Shown here: piece by piece, positions 54,131 to 64,000 of the stretch
Position numbering within the stretch: the stretch's first letter is position 1
Layout: each line of letters begins with the position of its first letter
DNA from: Dehalococcoidia bacterium
GTDB taxonomy: Bacteria > Chloroflexota > Dehalococcoidia > Lucifugimonadales > GCA-2712585
Length of the DNA stretch: 64,000 nt
Reading direction: 5' to 3'
NCBI GenBank assembly: GCA_965208725.1
Contig: CBDBPI010000002.1
Coordinates: 936,427-1,000,426 of the forward strand
Position numbers and translations under genes: made by a program
Notes under the pieces: model-generated
What the model was told of the DNA's origin: nothing
Seen by the model: the letters and a program-made list of their open reading frames with translations, nothing else
The model's database searches: none

Positions 54131-54511
54131 ATGAAGTTCGGGATGAACCATATTCACATCAAGTCGGCAGACCCCAGGAGCACGGCCCAGTGGTACGTGG
54201 AGAAGTTTGGCGCAACGATTGCCGCAGAGGCGGAGATGGGGGGAACCCTCACGGTTCGTACGGACCTGGGAGGGGCGCGAGTCAACATAACACAGGCGTC
54301 CCCGGATGAGCTTCCGGCAGGTTCGTCGGACGCGCACATGGGGCTGGAGCATTTCGGCATTGATACGGATGACATAGACGCGGCGATGGCGGAGCTGGAA
54401 GGTAAGGGAGTGAAGGTGCTGGAGGGGATACGGCCGCTGCCGAACGGGATGCGGATCGCCTTTGTTGAGGCGCCGGATAACGTGCGTGTGGAGATAATGC
54501 AGGTCCCTTAG
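54131..54511 (+). CDS. VOC (glyoxalase/bleomycin-resistance) family protein
   Basis: MNHIHIKSADPRSTAQWY..., GLEHFGIDTDDIDAAMAEL..., FVEAPDNVRVEI. ATG 54131 after GGAGGGAAAGGA. Confidence 0.8.
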   Translation: MKFGMNHIHIKSADPRSTAQWYVEKFGATIAAEAEMGGTLTVRTDLGGARVNITQASPDELPAGSSDAHMGLEHFGIDTDDIDAAMAELEGKGVKVLEGIRPLPNGMRIAFVEAPDNVRVEIMQVP

Positions 54512-54592
54512 GCCAGCCAAGTCTTATCCGGACAGAAATGGAGATGGTGAACCTGTCCATTGGTCCTGACGAGAGCGGAATACCGGTCTTAA

Positions 54593-56521
54593 ATGGGTAG
54601 ATTTTGGACGGGGGCGCTGTTGGCGGCGGGAGTGGTTTGTGTTGGGTTGCTTTCGAGTTGTAACGACCAGCCACCGACTCGCATGGCAACGCAGGAGTCG
54701 GCGCCTGTAGATACCCCGACTGCGGCGCCGACTGTTACGGCTACGCCGGTCCCTCTTTCAATGCCAACGCCGAAGCCGCGTCAGGCTCCAGGGCCAACGC
54801 CGGAACCTACGCTCAGTCAGACGCCTACGCTTACGCAGGAACCCACATCGGGAACGACACCAACACCGACGCCTACGCCTGATCCGACAACGCAGAAGCC
54901 GATGCCAGAGCCGACTTCGGAATTTTCACCTTTGACGCCAACGCCGACGCCAGTGCCGACGTCCATTCCCATGCCTATGCCCGACTTTCGGGAGGAGGCA
55001 GCGGCAAACCTGTCCGAGTTACTCTTGTGGTTTACGCAGCCCAGGCAAGAGGCTGAAGGGGATGCGGTTGAGACGCTCATCGATTTGTGGCTTGTGGATA
55101 TCAGCCTTGCGGGGCAGATTGCGAGACTTCCATGGGTTTCCAATGGGATAGAGCCATTTGAGCTGAAAGCGATGCGGGGTTTGTTGACAACGGCTAAAGC
55201 CGACCAAGCGCTGGCAGACAGAATGATGAGATTCTCCTGGATTTTTGCCGAGCTAACGGAGGAGGAAAAGGATGCGATAGAGGCGATTGCGTCCATAGCG
55301 TCAAAGGACACGGAGTTGGCCAGGGAGGTGGCGAACCTGTTCTGGGTTTCAGACGGGGTGAGGGAGGGGGAGAGCGTTATATTGGACGCTTTTGAGTCCG
55401 CCGGATCTACCGACCTTGAGCTCCTGAATCGGGCTGAAAGGCTTGCCTGGCATAAGGACAGCGTTTCGTCGGACGAAGCCGATGCCATAGAGCATCTATT
55501 CGATCTGGCAGCCAAGGACCCGGAGTTGGCACTGCATCTGGTAAGTCTTTACTGGTTTGTTGACGGTGTGACGGAGGATGAGGGACATGTTCTTGAGCAC
55601 TTAGACGCAATTGCAGACATGGATGTGGAGGTTGCCAGGCAGATGACGGCTCCTGAGTGGTTCACGGACGACATAGCATCAGATGAGGAGAGGGTCTTCA
55701 ACGCACTTGCCTTCATTGCGTCGTATGACATACAACTCGCCAGAGATCTGGTGGACTTACCCTGGTTGACGGACGATGATTTGACAAGGGCTGAGAGTTA
55801 TGTTCTGAACGGAGTAAGAAGAGTTATTCCTAAAGTAGGATTTACAGGGTTAGCCAAGGAGTTGGCAGCATTCTTCTGGATAAGGGACGACGTGACTGAT
55901 GTGGAGGGCGGCGCCTTCAGCTCACTTTCCCGTGCTGTTTCCAGAATTGCTTCCGAAGACTGGGATTTAGCCAGGGATTTTGCGGCTTTGTCGTGGATAA
56001 CGGACGGAGTGACAGAAGTAGAGGGAGATGCGTTAGGTGCACTTTCAGGAGGGGTCTCACGGGACGTGGAAATTGCACGGGAGGCGACGGCTTTCCCGTG
56101 GATAAGAGACGGAGTGACGGAAGAGGATGTCAATGGGTTAGAGGCGATTGGAAGGTTGATCTCAGAAGACTTGGGCTTGGCACGGGAGGTGGTTGGCCTT
56201 CACTGGTTTGCAGATGGCGTGACGGAAGAAGAGACTACTGGGTTAGAGGCGCTTGCGTGGATGGCCTCAGGACACTTGACGGCAGCACGGGAGGCGGCGG
56301 GCCTTCACTGGTTTGCAGACGGCGTGACGCAAGAAGAGGTGATTGCGTTAGAGGCGCTTGCGCGGATGGCCTCACGGCACTTGACGTTAGCACGGCAGGT
56401 GGCAAATCTTCCCTGGGTTGTTGACGGAGTGACGGAAGCTGAGAGCGTTGTCCTTGATAAATTTTCGTATACAGATTCGGGCGACGTGGAGCTGATGAAC
56501 CAGGCCATTACAGCTAATTAA
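54593..56521 (+). CDS. Lipoprotein with a Pro/Thr-rich linker and ~14 copies of a 35-38-aa repeat (no catalytic domain)
   Basis: Signal plus lipobox LLSSC, then a PT-rich stretch, then repeats of the form L.W(F/V/I).DGVTE.E...L..L..IAS.D.ELAR.V. Confidence 0.6.
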   Translation: MGRFWTGALLAAGVVCVGLLSSCNDQPPTRMATQESAPVDTPTAAPTVTATPVPLSMPTPKPRQAPGPTPEPTLSQTPTLTQEPTSGTTPTPTPTPDPTTQKPMPEPTSEFSPLTPTPTPVPTSIPMPMPDFREEAAANLSELLLWFTQPRQEAEGDAVETLIDLWLVDISLAGQIARLPWVSNGIEPFELKAMRGLLTTAKADQALADRMMRFSWIFAELTEEEKDAIEAIASIASKDTELAREVANLFWVSDGVREGESVILDAFESAGSTDLELLNRAERLAWHKDSVSSDEADAIEHLFDLAAKDPELALHLVSLYWFVDGVTEDEGHVLEHLDAIADMDVEVARQMTAPEWFTDDIASDEERVFNALAFIASYDIQLARDLVDLPWLTDDDLTRAESYVLNGVRRVIPKVGFTGLAKELAAFFWIRDDVTDVEGGAFSSLSRAVSRIASEDWDLARDFAALSWITDGVTEVEGDALGALSGGVSRDVEIAREATAFPWIRDGVTEEDVNGLEAIGRLISEDLGLAREVVGLHWFADGVTEEETTGLEALAWMASGHLTAAREAAGLHWFADGVTQEEVIALEALARMASRHLTLARQVANLPWVVDGVTEAESVVLDKFSYTDSGDVELMNQAITAN

Positions 56522-56602
56522 TGTTGTTTGTGATACGTAACGTATGTAATATGCAATAAAGGGGCCCTTCAGGCGATTTGTCTGTCAGAGGGTAGATATT
56601 GC

Positions 56603-59600
56603 ATGAGTAGACTCTGGTTGGTGACGTTATTCTGGGTGGGCGTGGTATGCGTTGGGCTGCTGTCGGCCTGTGGCGATCAGTCTCCGACTCGCATCGGAAC
56701 ACCGGAACCCACGCCTGTAGTCACTCCGACTTCGATGCCGACTCCCACGGCTACGCCTCGAGCGATTCCAACGCCGACTCCCACTCCAATCCCGACGGCC
56801 ACTCATACGCCTACAGTGACCCCGACTCCGTCAACGACGTCCACGCTCCGTCCAACGGCCACTCCCACGCCGGAGCCCAGTCCAACACCTTCACCGATGC
56901 CGGAGCCTACTCCAACGCCGAAGCCTCGTCCTACACCTACCTCAACGCCGGAACCTACACCCAGGTCAACGCCAACGCCCGCGCCTGCACCGACGCCGAC
57001 ACCTGCGCCCAGTCCCAGAGAGATGGCCGTGGCGAGTTTGTCGGAGGTCCTTTCCTGGTTTGAGGACCCGGAGGAAGGGGCTGAAAGTGACGTGGCTGAG
57101 TCGCTGGTTGATCTCTGGCTAATGAACGCGGAACTAGGTGAGCGGGTAGCGGGGCTTTCGTGGATTGAGGATGGGTTGGACATCCTGGAGGGGGGTGTGC
57201 TGGAGGGCATTCTCCGGGTTTCCAGGGTTGACCCGGTTCTGGCAGAACAGCTGATGTCGTATTTCTGGGTGATGGACGCGCCTACGGAGGAAGAAAAAGT
57301 TGTCATAGGCGCTTTCGCGGACATTGCTTCAGGGGACGCAGATTTGGCAGGGCAGATCGCCTCACTTTCGTGGGTTGAAGACGGGGTAAACTCAATCGAA
57401 GCCAATGCGCTGGAGGAATTGCCGGAGGTGGCCGCGGTTGAGGCTTCCCTTGTTAGCGCGATGTTGTCATTTCCCTGGATTGCGGATGATGTGACGGAGG
57501 AAGAGGGCGTTGTCATTCATTCGATTGCCGTCATGGGTTCCATTGACGCAGAATTGGCGAGAAAAGTGGCGTCGCTCTCTTGGTTGGCAGATGGGGTGAC
57601 GGAGCACGAGTCTGACGTCTTCCAGGCATTCTCATATGTTGCAACCGAGAATCTGGAGATTGCCAGAGAGATTGCGTCTTTGTTCTGGTTGAATGACCGG
57701 GTTTTTGATTCCACTGACAGGACCATCTACATCCTGTTCGGCATTGCGGAGGAGGACAGGGAATTGGGAAGACGAGTAATGTCGCTCACTTGGGTGAATG
57801 GGTTTCTGACGAATGCCCTGAGTAGGGTGCTGCAGGACATTTCATCAATAGCTTCCGATGACGTGGAATTTGCCGAGGGAATAGTTTCCATTCCCTGGTT
57901 CAGCGAAGGTCTAACGTACAATTCGGAGAGAATACCAGGGATTCTAAGAGAGATGGCCCATCCAGAAGACAAGAACCTGAGCAGATTAGTGATTGCGCTG
58001 CCCTGGCTTCATGACGACATTACGTCCCACGAAATCTCCGCCCTGCGTTCAGTTGTTGATTTGATGTACGAAGATAGAGAATTGGCAGAAATAGTAGCCG
58101 CACTGCCTTGGCTGTCAGACGATATCACAGAAGAAGAGAGTGCAACTTTGCAAGAACTGGTAACTGTTGCATCTGATAATGTGGAACTTGCGAGAGAACT
58201 GGCGACGCTTACATTGCTTACTGAGCGTGCAACGGAGGATACCAGTGCAGTGATCGGCATCTTCTCTGACTTGACATTTATCGACGAAGATTTGTCCCAG
58301 CAGGTGAAGTCGCTCCCCTGGTTTACCGATGGCTTGACAGAGGTTGAGAGGAATTCCATAGATGTCTTAATCGGAATTGCGCACCTAGACACTGAGCTTG
58401 CCAAAAGTGCAGCGTCGCTTCCTTGGTTTGCAGACGACATTGACGAAGTTGAGTTTGAGGCCATAAACAATTTGGTAGATATAGCGATAAGGGATCTGGA
58501 TTTGGCGAAAACGCTGATTGGTTTTCCTTGGCTGGTAGACGGCGTGACGAAGCTTGAGGCCTCCGCTCTTTACTCATTAGGCGACACATCATACGAAGAC
58601 TTGGAGTTGGCCAGGGATGTCATTAATTGGCCCAGATACGAAAACGGCGTTGAGAGGGACCTGGACTTCTTTCTCTTGTGGGCTTTGGGCCGAGCAGACG
58701 AGGAACTGTTGGATACCTTGAAGGCAAGGACGTGGTTTACCGACGGGGTAACTGATGAAGAGGCCGCGTTGATTGTCACGATGGCGGGGCAAGAGCCCAG
58801 TCTGTATAAGGAGCTGCTCATTGACAGCCATCTATATCACGAGTCTATTTCGCTGCCTCTTGCGGGTGATATCAACGTCTGGCTGGTGCAGGACACGAGT
58901 CCCGTTCTGAACCAAGAGTCGTTAAGGCAGATTGAGTCCGCAGCGCAGATTGCCGAGGAATTCTTTGGCGTTCCATTCCCAACCACCGACCTGATCGTGC
59001 TGCTGGTAACCGAGGGGAAAAGGGAGTACGGGCATCTTGTGAGGCATCTGGGCAGTCACATGTCGGTAATTGTTCACCGCGGCCGATTATTCGGCATACC
59101 CCATGAGGCGGCGCACTATTACTTGACGAGCAATTTTTTGGGCCATCCGTGGTTTACCGAAGGGGGAGCTAATTTTGTGGAGGCGCATGTCAATCATGAG
59201 AGGGGGTGGCAGGACATCTCCAGCCGGGAGACTGTGGTGTCAAAGGAAGTACAGAGTTACTGCGTGGACTCGGGCGTTGAAAATATACGCCACAATGCAT
59301 ACCTGTTGGACCGCAGACAAATTTCTCTATTTCAATGCACCTACAGGCTGGGGGAGTATCTGATGCTCCGGCTGCTCAAGATTATGGGCAAGAACGCCAT
59401 GTCGTCCGCGTTGAATGAGCTATACGTTTCCAGTGGAGGGCACTTACCGGCGCTGAGATTCAGCACGCCACCATCCGAAGAAGAGATATATGGTGCATTT
59501 CTGAAGCACGCACCGTCGCAGCAGGATAAGATCCAGAAACTGTTTCAGAAACTTCATGGCGGAGATTTTGCATTTTCAGAAATCGACACTGTCGACGAAG

Positions 59601-60328
59601 AGGCTGATTCAGCTGAAGGGGCAATGCACGTGGATATAGGTGAAGCGGCTACGGGTTCGCTGGACTACATTTTCGATTTCGACTTCTTCAAGTTTGAGGC
59701 GAAGGAGGGGCAGATCTACCGGATCAGCCTGGAGCACGAAACCCTGAGCCATACAAGCTTCACGCTGTACGGTCCAGACGGCGAGACTGAGCTGAGAAAT
59801 CAATGGCAGGGCCGTATTATGGGGCCTGATGGGCCGTTGATTCAGTGGCGAGCGCCAAGCTCGGAATCGTATTTCCTAGCCGTCCAGAACTTTGGGGGTA
59901 AGACCGGCGAGTACACCTTCACCATCACGCCGGTTGATGAGCCGGAGACCGACGACCACGGCAATGGCGTAGAGTCGGCAACAAGGGTTGGGCGCTTCAA
60001 GGAGATTCACGGCACTATAGACGGAACTTTCGATGAAGACTACTTTCGCTTCAGCGCCCATGAAGGCAGGGTGTACCACATCTTCATGTGGCCTGAGCAG
60101 ACGGTTGACCTGTGCGCGCAGATGTATCGAGCCGATGGGAGCAGATCTACGGAATGGCATAATCGCTGTGACCACGGCAGTCTGTGGGCAGGCGGCCGAG
60201 TGCACGGGGCCATTTGGGTGGCCCCCGAAACCGGAGACTTCTACCTGGCCATGAGCGGGTTTATGGAGAGCGTTGGCGATTACAAATTCGAGATTATCCT
60301 GGCCCTTGATCCCGGCAATCCGAGTTGA
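56603..60328 (+). CDS. Lipoprotein: PT linker, ~17 repeats, M1-like gluzincin domain, two PPC domains
   Basis: Lipobox LLSAC. HEAAHYY...WFTEGGANF (HExxH...E). Two C-terminal pre-peptidase-type modules (GSLDYIFDFDFFKFEAKEGQIYRISL, IDGTFDEDYFRFSAHEGRVYHIFM). Confidence 0.65.
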   Translation: MSRLWLVTLFWVGVVCVGLLSACGDQSPTRIGTPEPTPVVTPTSMPTPTATPRAIPTPTPTPIPTATHTPTVTPTPSTTSTLRPTATPTPEPSPTPSPMPEPTPTPKPRPTPTSTPEPTPRSTPTPAPAPTPTPAPSPREMAVASLSEVLSWFEDPEEGAESDVAESLVDLWLMNAELGERVAGLSWIEDGLDILEGGVLEGILRVSRVDPVLAEQLMSYFWVMDAPTEEEKVVIGAFADIASGDADLAGQIASLSWVEDGVNSIEANALEELPEVAAVEASLVSAMLSFPWIADDVTEEEGVVIHSIAVMGSIDAELARKVASLSWLADGVTEHESDVFQAFSYVATENLEIAREIASLFWLNDRVFDSTDRTIYILFGIAEEDRELGRRVMSLTWVNGFLTNALSRVLQDISSIASDDVEFAEGIVSIPWFSEGLTYNSERIPGILREMAHPEDKNLSRLVIALPWLHDDITSHEISALRSVVDLMYEDRELAEIVAALPWLSDDITEEESATLQELVTVASDNVELARELATLTLLTERATEDTSAVIGIFSDLTFIDEDLSQQVKSLPWFTDGLTEVERNSIDVLIGIAHLDTELAKSAASLPWFADDIDEVEFEAINNLVDIAIRDLDLAKTLIGFPWLVDGVTKLEASALYSLGDTSYEDLELARDVINWPRYENGVERDLDFFLLWALGRADEELLDTLKARTWFTDGVTDEEAALIVTMAGQEPSLYKELLIDSHLYHESISLPLAGDINVWLVQDTSPVLNQESLRQIESAAQIAEEFFGVPFPTTDLIVLLVTEGKREYGHLVRHLGSHMSVIVHRGRLFGIPHEAAHYYLTSNFLGHPWFTEGGANFVEAHVNHERGWQDISSRETVVSKEVQSYCVDSGVENIRHNAYLLDRRQISLFQCTYRLGEYLMLRLLKIMGKNAMSSALNELYVSSGGHLPALRFSTPPSEEEIYGAFLKHAPSQQDKIQKLFQKLHGGDFAFSEIDTVDEEADSAEGAMHVDIGEAATGSLDYIFDFDFFKFEAKEGQIYRISLEHETLSHTSFTLYGPDGETELRNQWQGRIMGPDGPLIQWRAPSSESYFLAVQNFGGKTGEYTFTITPVDEPETDDHGNGVESATRVGRFKEIHGTIDGTFDEDYFRFSAHEGRVYHIFMWPEQTVDLCAQMYRADGSRSTEWHNRCDHGSLWAGGRVHGAIWVAPETGDFYLAMSGFMESVGDYKFEIILALDPGNPS

Positions 60329-60374
60329 CGTTGGATCTACACGTTGAAAGAGGTTCCTCCCGCCGGTCAGTCAA

Positions 60375-62870
60375 GTGGGTAACAGATTCCGAATAGAAAG
60401 ATTGAGGATAGTCACGCTGTTGGCGGCGGGGCTGGTTTGTGTTGCGTTGCTTGCGGGTTGCGACGATCAGCCGCCGACTCGTGTCGCGACGCAGGAAGCG
60501 GCGCCTGTAGTTACCCCGGCTGCGGCGCCGATGGCCACGGCTACGCCGGTACCTCTTTCGATGCCGACGCCCACATTGGCGCGGGAACCTACGCCCAGCC
60601 CAACGCCTACGCTGGAGCCGACATCGGAAGCAACGCCAACACCTGCGCCTGATCCGACACGCACGCCGACGCCAGAGCCTACGCCCACGCCGGAACCAAG
60701 GCCGACTCCTACTCCTGTACCCACGCCCAGTCCCAGGGAGATTGCCGTGGCGAGTCTTTCGGATATTCTTTCATGGATAAATGAACCTGAACCTGGAGCA
60801 GAAAGCGGCGTCGCCGAGTCGCTCAACCTGCAATGGCTTCAGAATTCGGAGTTGGCGGAGCAATTCGCGAGGCTTCCGTGGCTTTCGGATGGGGTGGACC
60901 CCCTGGAACGGGACGTGCTTGAGGGCCTGCAAAAGGCGGGCAGGGCAGCCTCCGCTCTTGCCGAGGAGTTGATGGCGCATTCCTGGGTTACGGACGACTT
61001 AACTGAGATTGAGGAAGAGTCCCTTAAGGAATTGCGCGAGATTACATTGGTGGACGTAGGGTTAGCAAAAGAATTAGCAGCTTTGCCCTGGTTTGCCGAC
61101 GGAGCAACTAGACTTGAAATCTCTGCCATCTACTCCCTTGATGATATTGCTTCCAAAGACGAGGGATTGGTGCGGGAAATTCTGAGTTGGCCCAGGTTTG
61201 AAGGGGGTGTGACCAGGGACCTGGACTTCTTCCTGCTGTACGCCTTGGCTGAGGTGGATTCGCAACTTCTTAACACTGCGACAACTCAACACTGGTTCAC
61301 TGATGGGCTTGAAGACAAAGAGGCCGCGTTGATTGTGACTCTCTCAGGCAAGAGCAAAGATCTATTCAGTGACCTGCTTAAACTTGACAGCTTGCATCAT
61401 TTCTCCGCTACGCTACCTCTGGCAGGCGAGGTAAACATCTGGGTAGTGCAAGGGGTTCATCCTGCGCCTATTTCGGAAGTGGTCAAGCAGGTTGAGGATA
61501 CCGGACGCGTCGCAGAGGGATTCTTTGGAATCCCTTTTCCTACCTCGGACATTATCGTGCTCGTAGGGGCTGAACGAGTGGCTTATGGTCAGGTTGTTGC
61601 CCATCATGGCAGCCACATGAGCATTTCGATAATAGATGGTAAACAAAATCCCCTTCCCCACGAAACCGCTCACTACTATTTACATAACAATTTCAGCCAG
61701 GCATGGCTGAATGAAGGGGGAGCGAATTTCATTAGGACCCTCTTTCGTCACGATAGAGGCGAGGACAATTTGGAGGACCGCAGTGCTTGGGCGTCGTCAG
61801 GCGTCGAACACGGCTGTAATGACTATGGAGTAGAAAGCCTTCGACCCAGGGATTATCTCGCTGCTCAAAAGCGAATTCAGGATCTGGCTTGCGCCTATCT
61901 AATGGGAGAGAGCTTTCTGTTATCTCTGTTGAATGCGATGGGTAAGAGGGCCATGTCATCTGCACTCAAGGAGATGTACCTTGATAGTGGTGGATACCTA
62001 CCGCACTTGGGAGTTATTACTCCCCCGTCCGAAGAGGAGATATTCGAAGCGTTTATGAGACGCACATCAGCAGAGGGCCAGGAAGAGGTGCGCGAACTGT
62101 TTCAGAGACTGCACGGAGGGGATTTCGCTTTTCCTGAAATCGACTATGATGATGCGGAGGCGGATAGGCCTACGGAGCCTGCGGGTGTAGAAGTTGGAGA
62201 AGTTGTTGGGGGATCGCTGGACTATGTCTTTGACTTTGACTTCTTCCGGTTCGAGGCGAAAGGAGGTCAGCAATATCGTTTCAGCGTAGAGCACAGCACT
62301 CTGGGTCAAAGCAGCATAGCTCTCTTTGGGCCGAACGGGCTGAGCGAGAGACGTGAAGGATGGCGGGGCCGCCAAAGGGGGCCGGACGGGCCGCTGCTCT
62401 TGTGGCAGGCCCCAAGTTCGGAGGTGTATTATTTTGCGGTGCAGAACTTTGGGGGGAAGCGCGGCGATTATACTTTCACGATTGAGCCGGTTGGGTCGCC
62501 AGCGGAGGCAGACGGCCATCGGGACACACCTGAATCTGCTACAGAGGTGAGGGCGGGGCTGCGAGTTTCAGGCTACATAGACCATTTCAATGATTACGAC
62601 TACTTCAGATTCAGCGCTCGCGAGGGGGAGGAATTGTCCTTTTCCTTCTACGGGGATTTCTTGAATTCCCTGTGTAGTCAGGTTTACCATGCCGATGGGT
62701 CGACAACTGAAAATTGGCCAAATCTATGTGAACTGGCAGATCCTCCTGAATATCGGGAAAGATACGGGATAAACTGGTGGGCGCCCCAAACCGGAGAGTA
62801 CTATCTTGCGCTATATGGCATGGTTGATATGGTTGGCGAGTATGAGTTTGCAATTAATCAGTCTGGATAG
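60375..62870 (+). CDS. Lipoprotein paralogue: PT linker, few repeats, M1-like gluzincin domain, two PPC domains
   Basis: Lipobox LLAGC. HETAHYY...WLNEGGANF. GSLDYVFDFDFFRFEAKGGQQYRFSV and IDHFNDYDYFRFSAREGEELSFSF. Confidence 0.65.
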   Translation: MGNRFRIERLRIVTLLAAGLVCVALLAGCDDQPPTRVATQEAAPVVTPAAAPMATATPVPLSMPTPTLAREPTPSPTPTLEPTSEATPTPAPDPTRTPTPEPTPTPEPRPTPTPVPTPSPREIAVASLSDILSWINEPEPGAESGVAESLNLQWLQNSELAEQFARLPWLSDGVDPLERDVLEGLQKAGRAASALAEELMAHSWVTDDLTEIEEESLKELREITLVDVGLAKELAALPWFADGATRLEISAIYSLDDIASKDEGLVREILSWPRFEGGVTRDLDFFLLYALAEVDSQLLNTATTQHWFTDGLEDKEAALIVTLSGKSKDLFSDLLKLDSLHHFSATLPLAGEVNIWVVQGVHPAPISEVVKQVEDTGRVAEGFFGIPFPTSDIIVLVGAERVAYGQVVAHHGSHMSISIIDGKQNPLPHETAHYYLHNNFSQAWLNEGGANFIRTLFRHDRGEDNLEDRSAWASSGVEHGCNDYGVESLRPRDYLAAQKRIQDLACAYLMGESFLLSLLNAMGKRAMSSALKEMYLDSGGYLPHLGVITPPSEEEIFEAFMRRTSAEGQEEVRELFQRLHGGDFAFPEIDYDDAEADRPTEPAGVEVGEVVGGSLDYVFDFDFFRFEAKGGQQYRFSVEHSTLGQSSIALFGPNGLSERREGWRGRQRGPDGPLLLWQAPSSEVYYFAVQNFGGKRGDYTFTIEPVGSPAEADGHRDTPESATEVRAGLRVSGYIDHFNDYDYFRFSAREGEELSFSFYGDFLNSLCSQVYHADGSTTENWPNLCELADPPEYRERYGINWWAPQTGEYYLALYGMVDMVGEYEFAINQSG

Positions 62871-62983
62871 ATCGAGTAGCCAGCTTTGACTTTCTCTCGA
62901 CTTCGCAAGCCAGATTCCAGTTGCAAGATAAGGTGGGTGTATTTGCCTTGCTAGCGGGTTGGGTTTTTTCCCGGGTACGGGGG

Positions 62984-64000
62984 ATGTTCTATGGGTGGTG
63001 GGTTGTTGCGGGAGGGATGGTGAGCATTGCCATCAGCAGCGGCATGTTCATGCACGGGTTCCAGTTTTACTTCGAGCCTATGCGGCGGCAGTTTGGGTGG
63101 AGCCGGACGCTGATATCCGGCGCTTACACCCTTTCGCGGCTGGAGAGCGGTTTTCTGGGGCCACTGGGCGGTTGGCTGGTGCAGCGTTTCGGCTCGCGGA
63201 TTGTCATGGCGGGCGGGTTCGTAATTCTGTCTCTCGGGCTGGCGCTATTGAGCCTGACGCAGAACGTGCCGATGTTTTACGTGTCATTTCTGATTCTCTC
63301 CATCGGTTCGGGGCTGGCTGCGTGGACTCCGGTGGTACCGGCGCTGACCAACTGGTTCCGTCGAAAGCGGGCGATGGCGGTGGGGCTGACGATGATGGGA
63401 ATGGGATTCGGGGGCATTCTGGTTGCGCCGGTGGTGGCCTTTTTCATCAACAACTTCAGCTGGGACAAGACGGCGCTGGGCTGCGCAATAATCGCCTTGA
63501 TTATCGGAATTCCCCTGGCCAGGATCATGCGCTACAGTCCGGAGCCTTACGGCTATCTGCCGGACGGGGACAAACCCGAGGAAGCGACGGACGGGTCGGA
63601 TGAGCCCAAGCAAGCAGCGGAGGCGGAGCAGGAATTCGACTTTACCGTAAGGGAGGCTTTGCGGTCTCCCGCCTTCTGGCTGATGTCCATCGGGCATTCG
63701 ATCTCTCTGCTTACCATATCGTCGCTGAGCCTGCACATGGTGCCCTACCTGGAGACAGAACTGGGTTTCTCCACGGAGAGGGCGGCCACGGCGGTGGTGG
63801 CGATAAACGCGTTTCTGATGGCGGCGCAGCCGGTGGGGGGATTTCTGGGGGACCGTCTGCCAAAGAAGTACATTGTTGCCGGGACGCTGCTGGGCCACGC
63901 GTCGGCGCTGCTGATTTTTGCCCTGGCGGGTAACTTCTGGCTGGTGATTCTGGCGTCGGCGATACAGGGGATGTCGTGGGGGATTCGGGGGCCGGTGATA
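62984..64000 (+). CDS. MFS transporter (OFA/MCT-like), 3' end outside the window; absent from the ORF track
   Basis: Frame 2 is open from ATG 62984 to the window end (339 codons): MFYGWWVVAGGMVSIAISSG...GPLGGWLVQRFGSR...MAVGLTMMGMGFGG... Typical MFS helices. The track ORFs here (62959.. + and 63284.. -) are off-frame shadows. Confidence 0.75.
   Translation, partial: MFYGWWVVAGGMVSIAISSGMFMHGFQFYFEPMRRQFGWSRTLISGAYTLSRLESGFLGPLGGWLVQRFGSRIVMAGGFVILSLGLALLSLTQNVPMFYVSFLILSIGSGLAAWTPVVPALTNWFRRKRAMAVGLTMMGMGFGGILVAPVVAFFINNFSWDKTALGCAIIALIIGIPLARIMRYSPEPYGYLPDGDKPEEATDGSDEPKQAAEAEQEFDFTVREALRSPAFWLMSIGHSISLLTISSLSLHMVPYLETELGFSTERAATAVVAINAFLMAAQPVGGFLGDRLPKKYIVAGTLLGHASALLIFALAGNFWLVILASAIQGMSWGIRGPVI

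Noticed and set aside
54817-55515. Antisense ORFs across the Pro/Thr-linker and repeat regions of the lipoprotein genes (54817..55515, 56803..57516, 58009..58470, 60467..60826).
   Set aside because: These are complement-strand artefacts of PT-rich and repeat-rich coding DNA (G/V/S-rich translations). The plus-strand genes have signal peptides and catalytic motifs.

Overview
This is a 64-kb window of a GC-rich bacterial chromosome. The taxon cannot be determined from the sequence. Gene content and the intergenic hairpin repeats would fit a Chloroflexota-like genome, but that is a guess. All functional calls come from motif recognition by eye; no searches were run.

The window has three parts.

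(1) 1-4.5 kb holds housekeeping genes: a CrtI-like oxidoreductase fragment, queC, a DHA2-type MFS pump, crcB and an ACP-like carrier.

(2) 4570-36396 is a ~31.8-kb, visibly lower-GC genomic island inserted at the 3' end of tRNA-Ala(GGC). A 16-bp direct repeat bounds it, and a P4-type integrase plus an AlpA-like excisionase sit at the tRNA end. It is a mosaic defence island containing:
- a sacsin-like GHKL ATPase/DUF3883 giant protein;
- a ThsB-like TIR operon (TIR, a frameshifted unknown gene, a 52-aa glycine-zipper membrane peptide) divergent from a CapH/CapP-like XRE + ImmA/IrrE pair, the latter hit by an intact-looking IS1380 element;
- an FRG+TPR protein;
- an intact type I R-M (hsdR ... 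hsdS-hsdM) with a RelE/ParE TA pair, a HicB-like gene and an AbiJ/Abi_C-like HEPN gene between R and S;
- a replication-relaxation-like gene preceded by ~1 kb of repeat-bearing non-coding DNA;
- the wreck of a second type I R-M (hsdM', half hsdS', hsdR' fragments) that still frames an intact-looking four-gene cassette (TIR-like / 3-TM membrane protein / ThsB-like TIR / HEPN protein) plus DUF433 and VapBC modules.

No canonical ThsA (SIR2-SLOG or TM-Macro) is present. The two TIR + small-membrane-protein modules are therefore my best candidates for an undescribed system.

(3) 36.4-64 kb holds core genes (serS, lysS, greA, amidohydrolases, MFS transporters, DinB-like, SAM-MTase, Grx/Trx-like, VOC) and a tRNA-Arg/Leu/Val cluster. 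It also has a family of modular GC-rich hairpin repeats in many intergenic regions and a 358-bp tandem duplication. Three tandem paralogous lipoproteins are built from ~35-38-aa repeats; two of them end in an M1-like gluzincin domain and two PPC domains.
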